From Cellvibrionaceae bacterium (GTDB lineage: Bacteria > Pseudomonadota > Gammaproteobacteria > Pseudomonadales > Cellvibrionaceae): a DNA stretch of 64,000 bases. The notes beneath the pieces were generated by a model. The model saw only the letters and a program-made list of their open reading frames with translations, had not been told where the DNA came from and searched no databases. The translations under genes were made by a program, and so were the position numbers. Of this stretch, positions 51,223 to 62,532 are shown in pieces; position 1 is the first letter of the stretch, and every line of letters starts with the position of its first letter. The stretch covers positions 46,932 through 110,931 of the forward strand of contig JBNKHG010000057.1 in NCBI GenBank assembly GCA_050290225.1. The letters run 5' to 3'.

Positions 51223-51532
51223 GGTCGAGCCACTGGTTACGCCGAGCCTCGGCGAGAAACGTCAAAATATCCCTGTCGATATTTTCCGCCTCCGGAAACT
51301 GCTGCACAAGCTGGTCGATAATAGTCTGAACACTGCGCTCTCCGTCGCAGCGTGACAGAATCTCCCCGGCGCTGGGGTTCAGTTTGACCATGCCTTCGGG
51401 GTACAGCAGAACGTAGCAATCCTGCGCCGCTTCCCATTGCAGGCGAAACTGGCGGTTTATGGTGGGGATCCATTGCGGGTCAATGGGGTCCCCTTCGATG
51501 TCAGTGGGAGTCGCTGGGTTTTGTTCGAGCAT
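51215..51532 (-). CDS. pqqD: PQQ biosynthesis peptide chaperone PqqD
   Basis: 105 aa with ...[31 protein letters not shown].... It overlaps pqqE by 8 nt. Confidence 0.9.
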   Translation of the reverse strand: MLEQNPATPTDIEGDPIDPQWIPTINRQFRLQWEAAQDCYVLLYPEGMVKLNPSAGEILSRCDGERSVQTIIDQLVQQFPEAENIDRDILTFLAEARRNQWLDHD

Positions 51533-51558
51533 AGGCCCGTGTCTCGCTGTGTTGGTGA

Positions 51559-52302
51559 TCAGTGGGGTTCGGCCACTTCACAGTTATGATAGGGAGGCGT
51601 TCCGTGCACGTAGGCCATGGTCATGGCATCGAGCATGGTCCAGAGAATGTCCAGTTTGAATTGTAGGATATCCAGGGCCTGCTGCTGTTGTTCGCGGGTG
51701 ACAAAATGGTTCAAGGTCACTTGCAAGCCATGCTCAACATCGCGTCGGGCCTCGGTAAGGCGGTTGCGGAAGTACTGGTAACCCTCGGGTTCTATCCAGT
51801 CGTAGTGGTCCGGCCAGGTGTCGAGACGGCGCTGGTGAATGGTCGGAGCGAACAACTCCGTCAGGGAGGAGCAGGCTGCTTCCTGCCAGTTGGCACGACG
51901 GGCAAAGTTGACGTAGGCGTCTACCGCGAACCGGACGCCCGGCAGTACATGACGCTGGTCGATCATCTCTTCCCTGGTCAGTCCACAGGCTTCGCCCAAT
52001 CGCAGCCAGGCCTCGATACCACCTTCTTCCCCCTGGCGTCCGTCATGATCGATAATGCGTTGTATCCACAGCCGCCGCGCGTGGCGATCATTGCAGTTGG
52101 CCATAATGGCCGCATCTTTTACCGGAATAATAATTTGGTAGTAAAAACGGTTGGCCACCCAGCCTCGGATCTGTTCCGGGGTGCTCTGTCCGCTATTCAT
52201 GGCAATGTGCAGGGGGTGGTGGATATGGTAGCGGGCACCTTTTGCGCGCAGCCGCTGTTCGAACTCTTCGAGAGACCAGGGTTGATTGTGGGATTGACTC
52301 AT
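51559..52302 (-). CDS. pqqC: Pyrroloquinoline-quinone synthase PqqC
   Basis: 247 aa TENA/THI-4-like PqqC (…[16 protein letters not shown]…RFYYQ…). Confidence 0.93.
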   Translation of the reverse strand: MSQSHNQPWSLEEFEQRLRAKGARYHIHHPLHIAMNSGQSTPEQIRGWVANRFYYQIIIPVKDAAIMANCNDRHARRLWIQRIIDHDGRQGEEGGIEAWLRLGEACGLTREEMIDQRHVLPGVRFAVDAYVNFARRANWQEAACSSLTELFAPTIHQRRLDTWPDHYDWIEPEGYQYFRNRLTEARRDVEHGLQVTLNHFVTREQQQQALDILQFKLDILWTMLDAMTMAYVHGTPPYHNCEVAEPH

Positions 52303-52361
52303 CGTTGTCTACCTCGTGTCGTTCTTTATGGTTTGGCTCGCGTTGTTGCCACCGGCCTTTA

Positions 52362-53279
52362 TTAAAGTGTGATTTCCATTCCGTCGAAGGCCACCTCGAT
52401 TCCGTGGCGATCCAGTTCTTCCCTCTCCTCGGAAGTCTCGTTGAGGATAGGGTTGGTATTGTTGATATGAATCAGGATCTTGCGCGGTTTGTCCAGCCTA
52501 TCCAACTGCTCGATCATGCCGCCCTCTCCGGATTGAGGCAAGTGGCCAATTTCACTGGCCAATTGGGTGCCCACTCCGGCGACGATCATTTCGTCCTCAC
52601 GCCAAAAGGTGCCATCCACCAGCAGGCAATCGGCCGCTTTCATGTAGGGCAAAAGGTGTTCTTCAATCATGCCCAGTCCAGGCGCATAGAAGGCATTTTT
52701 GCCGCTGTTCAGGTCTTCGATGCGAACGCCGATATTGTCGCCAGGGTGGGGGTCGTGTCGGTGCGGCGAGTAGGGGGGCGCTTTGCTGCTGAGCGGTACC
52801 GGCGTAAAGCGCAGCCCCTCGATGCCATCAATAGCGAAATGGCTGTTTTCGCCAATATCGATAGGGTGGCGATTGATACCGCCATTCCAGGCCTCGAGCA
52901 TACGAAACGTGGGGAAACCGTGGGTCAGGTCTTCGTAGACCATATCGGTACAGTAGACCTCATGGGGACAGCCTTCGCGCAACATCAACAAGCCCGTGGT
53001 GTGATCGATCTGGCTGTCGATATAAACAATGGCTGCGATGCCGGTATCCCGCAGCCCTTTTTTCGGTTGTATCTGTGGAAAGGCCTCGAGTTGGGCGCGA
53101 ATATCGGGAGAGGTGTTGAAAAGTACCCACTTTTCCTCGTCGACGCTGACGGCGATGGAGGATTGTGTGCGGGGTTGGGCCTGGATTTGCCCTCGGCGAA
53201 CGCCGTAACAGTTATTGCAGTTGCAGTTCCACTGGGGAAAACCACCGCCGGCGCCGGAGCCTAAAACGTGAATTTTCAT
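52362..53279 (-). CDS. pqqB: PQQ biosynthesis protein PqqB (metallo-beta-lactamase fold)
   Basis: [24 protein letters not shown] is the canonical PqqB N-terminus. Confidence 0.93.
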   Translation of the reverse strand: MKIHVLGSGAGGGFPQWNCNCNNCYGVRRGQIQAQPRTQSSIAVSVDEEKWVLFNTSPDIRAQLEAFPQIQPKKGLRDTGIAAIVYIDSQIDHTTGLLMLREGCPHEVYCTDMVYEDLTHGFPTFRMLEAWNGGINRHPIDIGENSHFAIDGIEGLRFTPVPLSSKAPPYSPHRHDPHPGDNIGVRIEDLNSGKNAFYAPGLGMIEEHLLPYMKAADCLLVDGTFWREDEMIVAGVGTQLASEIGHLPQSGEGGMIEQLDRLDKPRKILIHINNTNPILNETSEEREELDRHGIEVAFDGMEITL

Positions 53280-53341
53280 AATATCCCGGTGTTGGTTTAC
53301 GGCGTGACCTGCGAGTTATCGCCGGCCACGCCGAAGAGGGG

Positions 53342-53413
53342 TTAGCGATTTGCGAAATACATGGTGACTTCGAAACCAATGCGCAGATCGGTGTAGGCAG
53401 GTTTGGTCCACAT
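53342..53413 (-). CDS. pqqA: PQQ precursor peptide PqqA (23 aa)
   Basis: [23 protein letters not shown] contains the conserved E-x3-Y (EVTMY) pair that is cross-linked to form PQQ. It is the last 23 codons of the 60-aa track ORF. Confidence 0.9.
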
Positions 53414-53648
53414 GGTATTGTCCTCATTATGGTTGGTTGAAAGTGCTTTGGGGTGCCCTGGGCTCCGTTCTAGCGTGAATCGGGAATGGGCGCTGGACAA
53501 AAGTGCTTTAAACAAATGCGTCACTGACTATTTAAGGCCCTTTCATGTCCGGGCGGCATCCAACTTTGGTAGGAGGCGGGCTAGGCAATTGGTTGTGGAT
53601 TACCTGGCCCGTGGGCTTTCTATTGCCGTTCCTACTCTAGTCTATCCC

Positions 53649-55169
53649 TTAAAAGAAACCCAGTGGGTTAGTGCTGTAGCTTATCAGCAGGTTCTTGGTT
53701 TGCTGGTAGTGCTCAAGCATCATCTTGTGGGTTTCGCGTCCGACACCGGACTTCTTGTAGCCGCCGAAGGCGGAGTGAGCCGGGTATGCGTGGTAGCAGT
53801 TTGTCCATACGCGACCCGCCTGGATGCCGCGACCCATGCGATAGGCGCGGTTGATATCCCGTGTCCAGACACCGGCACCAAGGCCGAACTCCGTATCATT
53901 GGCGATGGCGAGGGCTTCGGCCTCGTCCTTGAAGGTGGTGATACCCAGGGTGGGCCCGAAGATCTCCTCCTGGAAGACGCGCATGCTGTTGTTGCCTTTG
54001 AGCAGCGTCGGCTGAATATAGTAACCGCCGGACAGATCGCCCTCCAGCATGTTGCGGCTGCCGCCCAGCAGGAACTCGGCTCCGTCCTGTTTGGCCACAT
54101 CCATGTAGGACAGAATCTTGTCCAGCTGTTCCTGGGAGGCTTGGGCGCCTACCATGGTCTCGGTATCCAGCGGATTGCCTTGTTTGATCATTGCCGCGCG
54201 CTCGAGCACCTTGGCAACAAAGTCGTCGTAGATTGTCTCCTGCACCAGGGCACGGGACGGACAGGTGCAAACCTCACCCTGGTTGAAGAAGCCCAGAAGC
54301 AGCCCTTCGACGCACTTGCTGATATAGTCGTCTTCCTGCTCCAGTACATCTTCGAAGTATATATTCGGGGACTTGCCTCCGAGTTCCACTGTAGACGGGA
54401 TGATGTTCTTGGCGGCATAAGCCATGATTTTTGCGCCCACTGGTGTAGACCCTGTAAAGGCGATCTTGGCTATGCGGGTGCTTTCCGCCAGGGGTTGGCC
54501 CACTTCCTCGCCGTAACCGTTGACGATATTCAATACACCGGCGGGCAGCAGGTCCTGGATGGTTTCAATCAATACCAGGATGGAGACGGGGGTCTGCTCG
54601 GCCGGCTTCATAACAACGCAGTTGCCAGCGGCGAGGGCGGGTGCGAGTTTCCAGGCTGCCATCAGCAGCGGGAAGTTCCAGGGAATAATCTGACCCACCA
54701 CGCCGAGGGGTTCGTGGAAGTGGTAGGCGGCGGTGGTGCTGTCCAGTTCGGCGGCAGTGCCTTCCTGGGCGCGGATACAGCCGGCAAAGTAACGGAAGTG
54801 GTCCACCACCAGAGGAATGTCGGCATTCAGGGTTTCACGCACACTCTTGCCGTTGTCCCAGGTTTCAGCAACCGCCAGTGCCTCCAGGTTCTGCTCGACA
54901 CGGTCGGCGATTTTCAGCAACAGGTTGGAACGCTCGGTCACCGAGGTCTGGCCCCAGGCATCTTTGGCGGCATGGGCTGCGTCCAGGGCCAGTTCCAGGT
55001 CAGCGGCGCTTGAGCGGGCCACTTCACAGAAGGGCTGACCTGTGACTGGCGTGATATTCTCGAAGTAACGCCCTTCAACCGGTGCCACCCACTCGCCGCC
55101 GATATAGTTGTTGTAGCGGGATTGAAAGGAGACGACAGCACCTTCGCTCCCTGGTTGTGCATAGATCAT
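53649..55169 (-). CDS. NAD+-dependent aldehyde dehydrogenase (ExaC/AldB-like)
   Basis: 506 aa ALDH family with ...[11 protein letters not shown]..., the catalytic ELGGKSP and [12 protein letters not shown]. Confidence 0.92.
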   Translation of the reverse strand: MIYAQPGSEGAVVSFQSRYNNYIGGEWVAPVEGRYFENITPVTGQPFCEVARSSAADLELALDAAHAAKDAWGQTSVTERSNLLLKIADRVEQNLEALAVAETWDNGKSVRETLNADIPLVVDHFRYFAGCIRAQEGTAAELDSTTAAYHFHEPLGVVGQIIPWNFPLLMAAWKLAPALAAGNCVVMKPAEQTPVSILVLIETIQDLLPAGVLNIVNGYGEEVGQPLAESTRIAKIAFTGSTPVGAKIMAYAAKNIIPSTVELGGKSPNIYFEDVLEQEDDYISKCVEGLLLGFFNQGEVCTCPSRALVQETIYDDFVAKVLERAAMIKQGNPLDTETMVGAQASQEQLDKILSYMDVAKQDGAEFLLGGSRNMLEGDLSGGYYIQPTLLKGNNSMRVFQEEIFGPTLGITTFKDEAEALAIANDTEFGLGAGVWTRDINRAYRMGRGIQAGRVWTNCYHAYPAHSAFGGYKKSGVGRETHKMMLEHYQQTKNLLISYSTNPLGFF

Positions 55170-55656
55170 AATCTACCCCTTTGTATGTATTCTGTTACCA
55201 ACACACTTGCCGCTGAAAATCAGAGCAAGACCTTGAGTTTGATGGTATGTCGAGGCCGGGGGGTTCCAACACTCTACTTTGGTGCTTAAAAAAGGGGCCT
55301 TTAGTAGTAGGCGGGTAGGCGGTTGTGGCAATGGGTTGACCAACAATACGCATTAAGTCATTGGATCAATCCGGTAACCGATGATGGGGAGACCGTCACT
55401 CACACGAATATCTTCCCCAATCCCAGGTTGAGGCGATTATGCCAGGGTGCACAACGCCCGATTGTTGTGAAAATCCCGCACAAACTTATCAGCAATACCG
55501 TTCGCCTCACCAAATCCGGCCGGGTTCTGCCGTCTCGCCTCAAATTTAAAATTAAAACAAAGTGGTTACTTAAACTGGAATCAATAATATTCTGCAAAAA
55601 TATTCTTTAAAAACAGTAGGTTATTAAATTGATTAAAGTGTTGCTATTTGTAAAGC

Positions 55657-56931
55657 ATGTATAAAACTGATAGCCTGAAATTTATTTTTAAGTCAAGTGA
55701 CAACATATTTATGGGAAAGGGCAGTAACTCCAGTGGTTTACGCCGCTACAACGAGCGTGTGGTGCTCTCGGCACTGCGGAAGATCGGCTCGGCCTCCAAA
55801 TCCGATCTGGCGCGTATCAGTGACCTGACTCCTCAGGCCGTGACACGCATTGTGGATGAGCTCGAGGATATGGAGCTCGTTATGCGCGAGGGCAGACGAC
55901 TGGGGGGCAGGGGACAGCCGTCCGTGATGTATGCGATTAATCCCCCCGGAGCTTACTCCATTGGCGTGAAAGTGGGGCGCCGCGATATTGAGCTGTTGCT
56001 GATGAATTTTGGTGGCCAGGTGCTGGAAAAAACGTGCCACGACTTCGAGTGCCCCGAGCCCGGCTATTTACTGGATAAAATCGAGCATGACATTCAAGCC
56101 CTGGAAGACACGCTGGCACCTGATGACCGCAAGCGGCTGATGGGCGTGGGCGTGGCAATGCCCTGGTTTATTGGCGCCTGGACCAAAGAATTAGGGATGA
56201 GCGAAGCGCTGGCCAGGCAATGGTTGGAAATCAATTTTTCCGAGGAAGTCGCCAAGCGTACCCATTTGCCAGTGTTCTTCGAAAACGATTGTTCCGCCGC
56301 CGCCGTGGCGGAGTTGCAATTCGGGGGCGGCACCCGGGTGTCGAATTTTCTCTATTTTTATATTGGCACGTTTATCGGCGGCGGGTTGGTGTTAAACGGC
56401 AACCTGGAGTCTGGGGTACACAGCAACTCTGGCGCTGTCGCCTCCATGCCTGTGCCCTATTCAAAACTCAGTAGCGTGCCCACCCCTGATGCGCCATTCG
56501 ATACGCTGTTGAATCGCGCTTCACTGTTCGGTTTGCGTCGCCACCTGGAGGTCAATGGCATCTATATCTACAGCGTGGCTGAACTCGGCAGTGTTATGGA
56601 TGAGGCTCGTGTGCTGGTACAGGAATGGATGGATGATTGTGCCGATGCACTGGTTTATGCCGTGCTTTCCGCTGTTGGTGTGCTGGATCTGGAAGCGGTC
56701 ATTATTGATGCCTACCTGCCACGTTTCCTGCTGGATGAACTGGTCGCGACAGTGGACCGGCGCCTCCGCCAGGTGGCGCCTGCGGGCGTATTCAAGCCCG
56801 ATATAATGGGCGGTAAGATTGGTAAGGATGCGGTGGCCATCGGGGGGGCAATACTGCCGTTTTATTCCAACTTTGCGCCCGACAAAACCGTCTTGCTCAA
56901 GGGCGGAGTGCCCGAGCGAGTGCCGCTTTAG
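55657..56931 (+). CDS. ROK-family transcriptional regulator (NagC/Mlc-like)
   Basis: Has an N-terminal wHTH (LRRYNERVVLSALRKIGSASKSDLARISDLTPQAVTRIVDELE) and a ROK sugar-kinase-like domain. An alternative start is at 55711 (MGKGSN...). Confidence 0.85.
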   Translation: MYKTDSLKFIFKSSDNIFMGKGSNSSGLRRYNERVVLSALRKIGSASKSDLARISDLTPQAVTRIVDELEDMELVMREGRRLGGRGQPSVMYAINPPGAYSIGVKVGRRDIELLLMNFGGQVLEKTCHDFECPEPGYLLDKIEHDIQALEDTLAPDDRKRLMGVGVAMPWFIGAWTKELGMSEALARQWLEINFSEEVAKRTHLPVFFENDCSAAAVAELQFGGGTRVSNFLYFYIGTFIGGGLVLNGNLESGVHSNSGAVASMPVPYSKLSSVPTPDAPFDTLLNRASLFGLRRHLEVNGIYIYSVAELGSVMDEARVLVQEWMDDCADALVYAVLSAVGVLDLEAVIIDAYLPRFLLDELVATVDRRLRQVAPAGVFKPDIMGGKIGKDAVAIGGAILPFYSNFAPDKTVLLKGGVPERVPL

Positions 56932-57035
56932 CCAGTCGGTGGATAACCAATTCGATTTTGCTCAATGTCTTGTCTTTGAAGGTAGCCGGCAGGTGTGGCC
57001 TCTTTCCGGCCTGGCTGCTTGACTGGTTACAGGAT

Positions 57036-57067
57036 AAGGGGGCACAGCCTTATGCCCCTTTTTTTAA
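57036..57067 (+). terminator. Rho-independent terminator-like hairpin with a T7 tract
   Basis: AAGGGGGCA-cagcctta-TGCCCCTT followed by TTTTT, about 105 nt downstream of the ROK gene stop. Confidence 0.55.
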
Positions 57068-57504
57068 CGCATCAATCCCCGTCTTCATTCCCAAAACAGC
57101 CGTTATGGTCCTGATGCCCGGCTAATGTCATTCTGAGTGTCTGCCATCGTCATATGAGTCCTCCGGTCAGTTCGCCGAGAGGCTTATTTAACCGACATTT
57201 ATTGATGTATTTAAAATAATTTTATCAGTGGTATTTAACATATATGTTGATCAGTATAGGTTTATATTTCATAACCTATTGAAATATAAGAGTAAAATAA
57301 TATTTCATTGGAGGAGTTTAATTATTGCTCCCAATCATTTGCAATTAATACATAACAGTGCTTTAATTAAACGCGAAGTGGGTTGGAAGTATTTCGCAGG
57401 CCAGTGCCTGTGACTGTTGTACCCACTGATAAGCTTTTTGAATAGAAGCTGAGAAACAGCTCATCCCAATATCCATAGGAAGATAGGAAGAGAGGAATAA
57501 AAAT

Positions 57505-59910
57505 ATGTCTCGAAGAGTCAAGAGCGACATCGCCAGGTCAACCTTGCGTCGCAATACATTGAGTGTGGCAATCCTGGCCGCTATGGGATCACCCGCGGCA
57601 ATGACACAGGAGGGCGGCCAGAATTTTCTCGAGGAAGTTGTAGTTTCAGCGAGTTATACCGGCAGACCCGCCACTATAATGGACTCCACGGTATCCGTGA
57701 GTGTTTTGGATGACGAAGAAATATCGAATAACTCCCCCCGCAGCACCCCGGAGATACTGAAGAACATCCCAGGTCTCCGCGTGGAATCTTCCTCTGGTGA
57801 AGGTAATACCAATGTCGCCGCGAGGGGATTGCCTAATCCCACCGGTGGATGGCGTTATGGATTGTTCCTGGTGGATGGCCTGCCCACCGAGATGTTTGGG
57901 GATATGAATTTCCTGGGGCAGGGAACGCTGTTCCGTCACGATGCCGGCGTGAAGCGGGTGGAATCCATTCGAGGTGGTGCTGCCGGTACTCTTATGACCA
58001 ACACCCCCGGTGGCTTTGTTAATTTTGTCCATAAAAATGGCGAAGATGAAGAGGGCACTCTCATTCTGACAACCGGCATCGGAGACTATGACACCAATCG
58101 TGTTGATTTTGCCTACGGTGGTGCCCTGTCGGACACGGTTGATTTCCAGGTGAGCGGATTTCACCGCATTGGTGAAGGTGCCAGGGACGTCGGTTACAAA
58201 GCTGAAGAAGGCGGCCAATACCGGGTTAGCCTGACCAAAAAGTTTGACGAAGGGATTGCTCGGGTCAGCTACAGGAAACAGGATGACCACACTATCCCCC
58301 TGTTTCCCTCCGCGATCGGTCCCAATGGCAAAGAGTTGCGTGCGGGATTTGATACCGATGATGTGGCAGCGAGCAAGCACTTGATCCAGAATCGGTATAT
58401 CAATGCGAACCGTGATCTGGGAGTTACCGATATCAGGGATGGAATCCATCCTTTGGTCGAGTCCTTCGGCGTTGAGATTGAATATGACCTTGGTGACGGT
58501 TGGACGGTGTCCAACAAGTTCCGTACCACGGACGTAACGGGTGGATTTGTCGGTAACTTCTTCGCCGGCTTCTATGACGACCCTGCCGCTGTAGCTGGAA
58601 ATTTCGCATACCTGGGTTCGGGTGTCGGCTTCCAGTATGCGAATGGACCCAATGCGGGTCAGGCCTATAACGGTGCGGTGCAGGATATCAAGGTTTTCGA
58701 TGTTACCTTTAACGATATGGGAAACACCTTTAACGATCTTCGCTTGAGCAAGGACCTGACGGACGAAATAACCCTGGTTGTCGGTTATTTTACCGGACGT
58801 CAGAGTTTTGATCAGGAGTGGCATTGGTCAAACTATATCGCTGAAGCCCGGGGTTCCGATGAGGCGCTGATCGATATTGTCGACGCCGGTGGGGACGTAA
58901 TTACCGAAGCCGGTCTGGTTGCCTATGGCAGTAACTGGGGTGGATGCTGCACCAAGCATGAGGATCTGGATTTTACCGAATCAGCGCCCTACGTCGCACT
59001 GAACATGAGATTCGATGACTTGACCATTGATCTGGGAATTCGCCAGGAGATGGGTGAGGCCAGTGGTATCCAGTACAGCGGGGTAACCGGCGTAAATGTT
59101 GGCGATATCAACAACGATGGCCGAATCACGCCTGTAGAGCAGAATGCTGTGATTACCGACCGCAACAACCCAACCAGTTTTGTGGATTGGGACTATAGCG
59201 AAACTGGCTTCAATCTTGGCGCCAACTACGCTTTCAATGATGAGATGGCTGTGTTTGGTGGTGTGAGTCGTGGTTACCGCTTTGCCGGGGACCGGAAAAG
59301 TGGTTCCACCGATGCCAGCGGCGAATTGACTGATGAAGCGGTTGCGGATGAAGTCACACAGTATGAGCTGGGCTATAAATGGTCCGGGGATAACATGGCG
59401 TTGTTTGCCACGGCGTTTGCGGCTTTGTCAAAAGTCGCCACCAATGACTTTACAAAATTACCGGCGGATCCCAATATCAACGCAGAATATGAGATCACTG
59501 GTGTTGAGTTTGAGATGGACTGGGATATTACCGACAGCTTCAGCCTTTCCGGAAGCTTGACGCTAACGGATTCTGAAATCACCAAAGGTGCCAACAAAGG
59601 AAATACCCCGCAGCGCCAGGCAGATTACATCTATAACCTGACAGCCGCGTATACGAAGGAAGACTACTCAGTGGGCTTGAATGTTGTCGGCACGGATGAT
59701 TCCTACGCGGGTGATGACAATACCATTGTGATGGACGGCTATACGACGGCAAACGCATTTGTAAATTATAGCCTGACAGAAAAACTGGAGTTCTCTCTGA
59801 ATGTCAACAACCTGACAGACGAGGTAGGTGTTACTGAGTTGGGCGGTGGACCTTTCGCCCGGGTCATCAATCCTCGAACTGCCTCAGTATCGGCCAAATT
59901 CAACTTCTGA
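57505..59910 (+). CDS. TonB-dependent outer-membrane receptor
   Basis: 801 aa with a signal peptide, a plug (…EEVVVSASY…), a long barrel and the terminal …SVSAKFNF aromatic C-terminus. Confidence 0.9.
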   Translation: MSRRVKSDIARSTLRRNTLSVAILAAMGSPAAMTQEGGQNFLEEVVVSASYTGRPATIMDSTVSVSVLDDEEISNNSPRSTPEILKNIPGLRVESSSGEGNTNVAARGLPNPTGGWRYGLFLVDGLPTEMFGDMNFLGQGTLFRHDAGVKRVESIRGGAAGTLMTNTPGGFVNFVHKNGEDEEGTLILTTGIGDYDTNRVDFAYGGALSDTVDFQVSGFHRIGEGARDVGYKAEEGGQYRVSLTKKFDEGIARVSYRKQDDHTIPLFPSAIGPNGKELRAGFDTDDVAASKHLIQNRYINANRDLGVTDIRDGIHPLVESFGVEIEYDLGDGWTVSNKFRTTDVTGGFVGNFFAGFYDDPAAVAGNFAYLGSGVGFQYANGPNAGQAYNGAVQDIKVFDVTFNDMGNTFNDLRLSKDLTDEITLVVGYFTGRQSFDQEWHWSNYIAEARGSDEALIDIVDAGGDVITEAGLVAYGSNWGGCCTKHEDLDFTESAPYVALNMRFDDLTIDLGIRQEMGEASGIQYSGVTGVNVGDINNDGRITPVEQNAVITDRNNPTSFVDWDYSETGFNLGANYAFNDEMAVFGGVSRGYRFAGDRKSGSTDASGELTDEAVADEVTQYELGYKWSGDNMALFATAFAALSKVATNDFTKLPADPNINAEYEITGVEFEMDWDITDSFSLSGSLTLTDSEITKGANKGNTPQRQADYIYNLTAAYTKEDYSVGLNVVGTDDSYAGDDNTIVMDGYTTANAFVNYSLTEKLEFSLNVNNLTDEVGVTELGGGPFARVINPRTASVSAKFNF

Positions 59911-59938
59911 TTACCGAGGTTGGATATCGGGCGTTCTC

Positions 59939-59972
59939 GACAAAAGGCCGGATGTTATTCCGGCCTTTTGTC
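59939..59972. terminator. Strong hairpin terminator after the TonB receptor gene
   Basis: GACAAAAGGCCGGA-tgttat-TCCGGCCTTTTGTC forms a perfect 14-bp stem. The T-run is within the descending arm. It lies 29 nt after the stop. Confidence 0.7.
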
Positions 59973-60114
59973 GGTTAAGGCATTGTCTTTTTGAATTCGC
60001 TTGGAATTCAGACGGTGATGCCGCAATTGGATGATTAGCTGTGAGGTTAGCCGTCCTGCAACAGGTCGCTAACTGCACTTAAGGCGTCACATTTACCCAT
60101 ACGGTGGTCTATCA

Positions 60115-60873
60115 ATGAGTGCTGCACCCAATCAAATTGGCGTCTCTGGCGGGGCGCTGCTCTATGAAAACCCTGTTCCCTTAAAGTATGTAGACCATAA
60201 AGATCTTGGTCTGTCCAATGCGGCGAATAACTACAGCTTTGCCAGGGGGGCACATATGGTGCCGCTGGTAGCCGCCGAAATGCCTTCAATTGTCAGCGCT
60301 TACCCGATTGTTTTCGTTGGCGATGAACGGATGCCGGTCGCGGCGCTTGGGATTAACGCCAATAACAATGTCTACTTGGATTCCCAAGGCCAGTGGATGC
60401 CGGGTCGGCATATTCCCTCCTATATTCAAAGGCACCCGTTTATATTGGCCAGAGATTCCGCCAGCGACAGAATGGTGCTGTGTATCGATCAAAATGCCTC
60501 CCGGCTGACCTCGGTGAATGCCGATGTACCCTTGTTCAGTGGCGAGTCGCTGTCGGCATACGCGGAAAACGCCTTGGCCCTTTGTGAGTGGTATGAACAG
60601 GGGCTGGCGGCCACCAGGGTAATGATAGGCATTTTAAGAGAGTTCGATCTCTTTTGTATGAAAACAATCTCCTATGTTGATCCGGAGGATAACGTTAAAA
60701 AGCGTGTTCAGTTTGTCGGGATTGACGATGCAAAATTCGGTGCGCTTTCCGGCGAGGACAAAATCAAATTACATGACAGTGGGGCTATAAATATCGTCTA
60801 TGCCCATTTGTTTTCCCTGGCTAATTGGAACTACCTGGTTGAACTGGCAACGGGCAGGCCGCCAGTGGTTTAG
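60115..60873 (+). CDS. SapC-family protein
   Basis: 252 aa with ...YENPVPLKYVDHKDL...AYPIVFVGDE...IPSYIQRHPFILA.... This is the typical SapC-like partner of TonB receptor/halogenase loci. Confidence 0.8.
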   Translation: MSAAPNQIGVSGGALLYENPVPLKYVDHKDLGLSNAANNYSFARGAHMVPLVAAEMPSIVSAYPIVFVGDERMPVAALGINANNNVYLDSQGQWMPGRHIPSYIQRHPFILARDSASDRMVLCIDQNASRLTSVNADVPLFSGESLSAYAENALALCEWYEQGLAATRVMIGILREFDLFCMKTISYVDPEDNVKKRVQFVGIDDAKFGALSGEDKIKLHDSGAINIVYAHLFSLANWNYLVELATGRPPVV

Positions 60874-60927
60874 ATGTCGATTATTGAAAAACTTGACGCT
60901 TAAGGTAACTGAAAGAGGGCATTCCAG

Positions 60928-62532
60928 GTGAGCAATAAAAAACAGATCGTTATTGTGGGCGGAGGCACCTCCGGTTGGCTGGCCGCGACTTTTTTTTCCA
61001 GGGCACTCTCGGAAACCTGTCTGGAAAGCGTCGATATTACGCTTATCGAATCCAGTGATATCCCCCCTATCGGAGTTGGTGAGGCCACTACGCCTTCTCT
61101 CAGGGGTACCCTGTCGGCAATGGGTATCGATGAGTATGAATTTATGCGCGAGTGCGAGGCCACTTTCAAACACGGGATAAAATTTTCCCAGTGGAAGCAT
61201 TCGCCAGGGGAGGAGGTTGGCGAATACTACTTCCATCCTTTCCAGGCCCCTATGAGATCCGGCGTAGATTACCTGACACACCATTGGCTGAATATGCCGA
61301 AGGACTCCAGGGGAAAGTTTGCTGATCGCTTTGGGGTGCAGCAATCACTCGCGGAGCTCAATATTGCACCCAAAGCGGCAAACTCCGGTTCATACTCCGG
61401 TCCGCTTCCTTATGCCTATCACCTTGATGCAGGCAAACTGGCTATCTTTCTGCGAAAAAAAGCGATAGAGAATGGGATTAATCATGTGGTCGGGGAGGTG
61501 GCTGATATTGTCATCGATGATGATTACACAATCAGAAAGCTTTTGTTAAAAAGCGGTCATACCTATTGCCCGGATCTGGTTGTCGATTGCACGGGATTTG
61601 GTGCTCGCCTTATCAATTACGACAAACGGAATCGATTTGAGGATAAAACGAATCACTTGTTTTGCGACAGGGCTGTTGCCACTCGGGTGAAAGTGAACAG
61701 TTATGAGGATGTACGCCCCTATACCACATCAACCGCCCTGGCCAATGGGTGGGTCTGGGATATCAGCTTGACGGAACGCAAAGGCGTGGGTCACGTCTAT
61801 TCCAGCCAATACTGCTCGGACGACGATGCCGTTCTTGAGTTGGCGAATTATTTGCGGACAGCGCCGGAAGACCTCGATTACAGAATGTTGAAGATGCGAA
61901 TCGGTTATCACCGCCAGCAGTGGCGGGGAAACTGTGTGGCGGTGGGGCTTTCGGCGGGATTTCTCGAGCCATTGGAGTCGACGGGAATTTATCTGGTGGA
62001 AATGGCGATCTGGTTGATCAGCCAGTCAGTGCCGCGATTCTTTGCCGGTCAAAACGTATCAGCTCGCTTCGACCGGATTATGAACCGCCATTTTGAAAAT
62101 ATCGTGGATTTTGTCAAAGCCCACTATTGCCTGTCCGAACGAACTGACTCCCCGTTTTGGGTGGATAACAGACGCGGGGAAACCATACCGGAAAGCCTGA
62201 AAGAGCGCCTGGGAATGTGGGATGCCTCGGTGCCAAATGATTACGATTTTGACAGCAATATTCTCTGTTTTAACAGTGATAATTACCAGTACATCCTTTA
62301 TGGCATGGCAGGTGACGGACCGGGAAGGTGCGTAAACCTGGAAAAGAGCATCAAGTTCATGGATAAGATCGACTCTCGTAGAACGGCCATGTTGGAGCGG
62401 ATGAAAATGGGTCTGGCTAATAATGCGAAGCTGTTGCAGGAGATCCACGAAGGCGTATCAAAACCCTATACCTACGGGTCAGTGGCTGCACCGGGAACCT
62501 TTGCCAGCGCCAATAACTACAGGGTAAGATAG
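60928..62532 (+). CDS. Flavin-dependent halogenase family protein (tryptophan-halogenase-like)
   Basis: 534 aa with the FAD motif IVIVGGGTSGW, then IGVGEAT, ATFKHGIKFSQW, GWVWDIS and GFLEPLESTGI. GTG start after AGAGGG. Confidence 0.85.
   Translation: MSNKKQIVIVGGGTSGWLAATFFSRALSETCLESVDITLIESSDIPPIGVGEATTPSLRGTLSAMGIDEYEFMRECEATFKHGIKFSQWKHSPGEEVGEYYFHPFQAPMRSGVDYLTHHWLNMPKDSRGKFADRFGVQQSLAELNIAPKAANSGSYSGPLPYAYHLDAGKLAIFLRKKAIENGINHVVGEVADIVIDDDYTIRKLLLKSGHTYCPDLVVDCTGFGARLINYDKRNRFEDKTNHLFCDRAVATRVKVNSYEDVRPYTTSTALANGWVWDISLTERKGVGHVYSSQYCSDDDAVLELANYLRTAPEDLDYRMLKMRIGYHRQQWRGNCVAVGLSAGFLEPLESTGIYLVEMAIWLISQSVPRFFAGQNVSARFDRIMNRHFENIVDFVKAHYCLSERTDSPFWVDNRRGETIPESLKERLGMWDASVPNDYDFDSNILCFNSDNYQYILYGMAGDGPGRCVNLEKSIKFMDKIDSRRTAMLERMKMGLANNAKLLQEIHEGVSKPYTYGSVAAPGTFASANNYRVR

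Noticed and set aside
53403-55013. A 536-aa ORF on the plus strand
   Set aside because: It lies entirely antisense to the well-supported ALDH gene. Its translation is low-complexity and Gly/Ala/Val/Leu-rich with no recognisable motif. This is the typical shadow ORF of GC-rich coding DNA.
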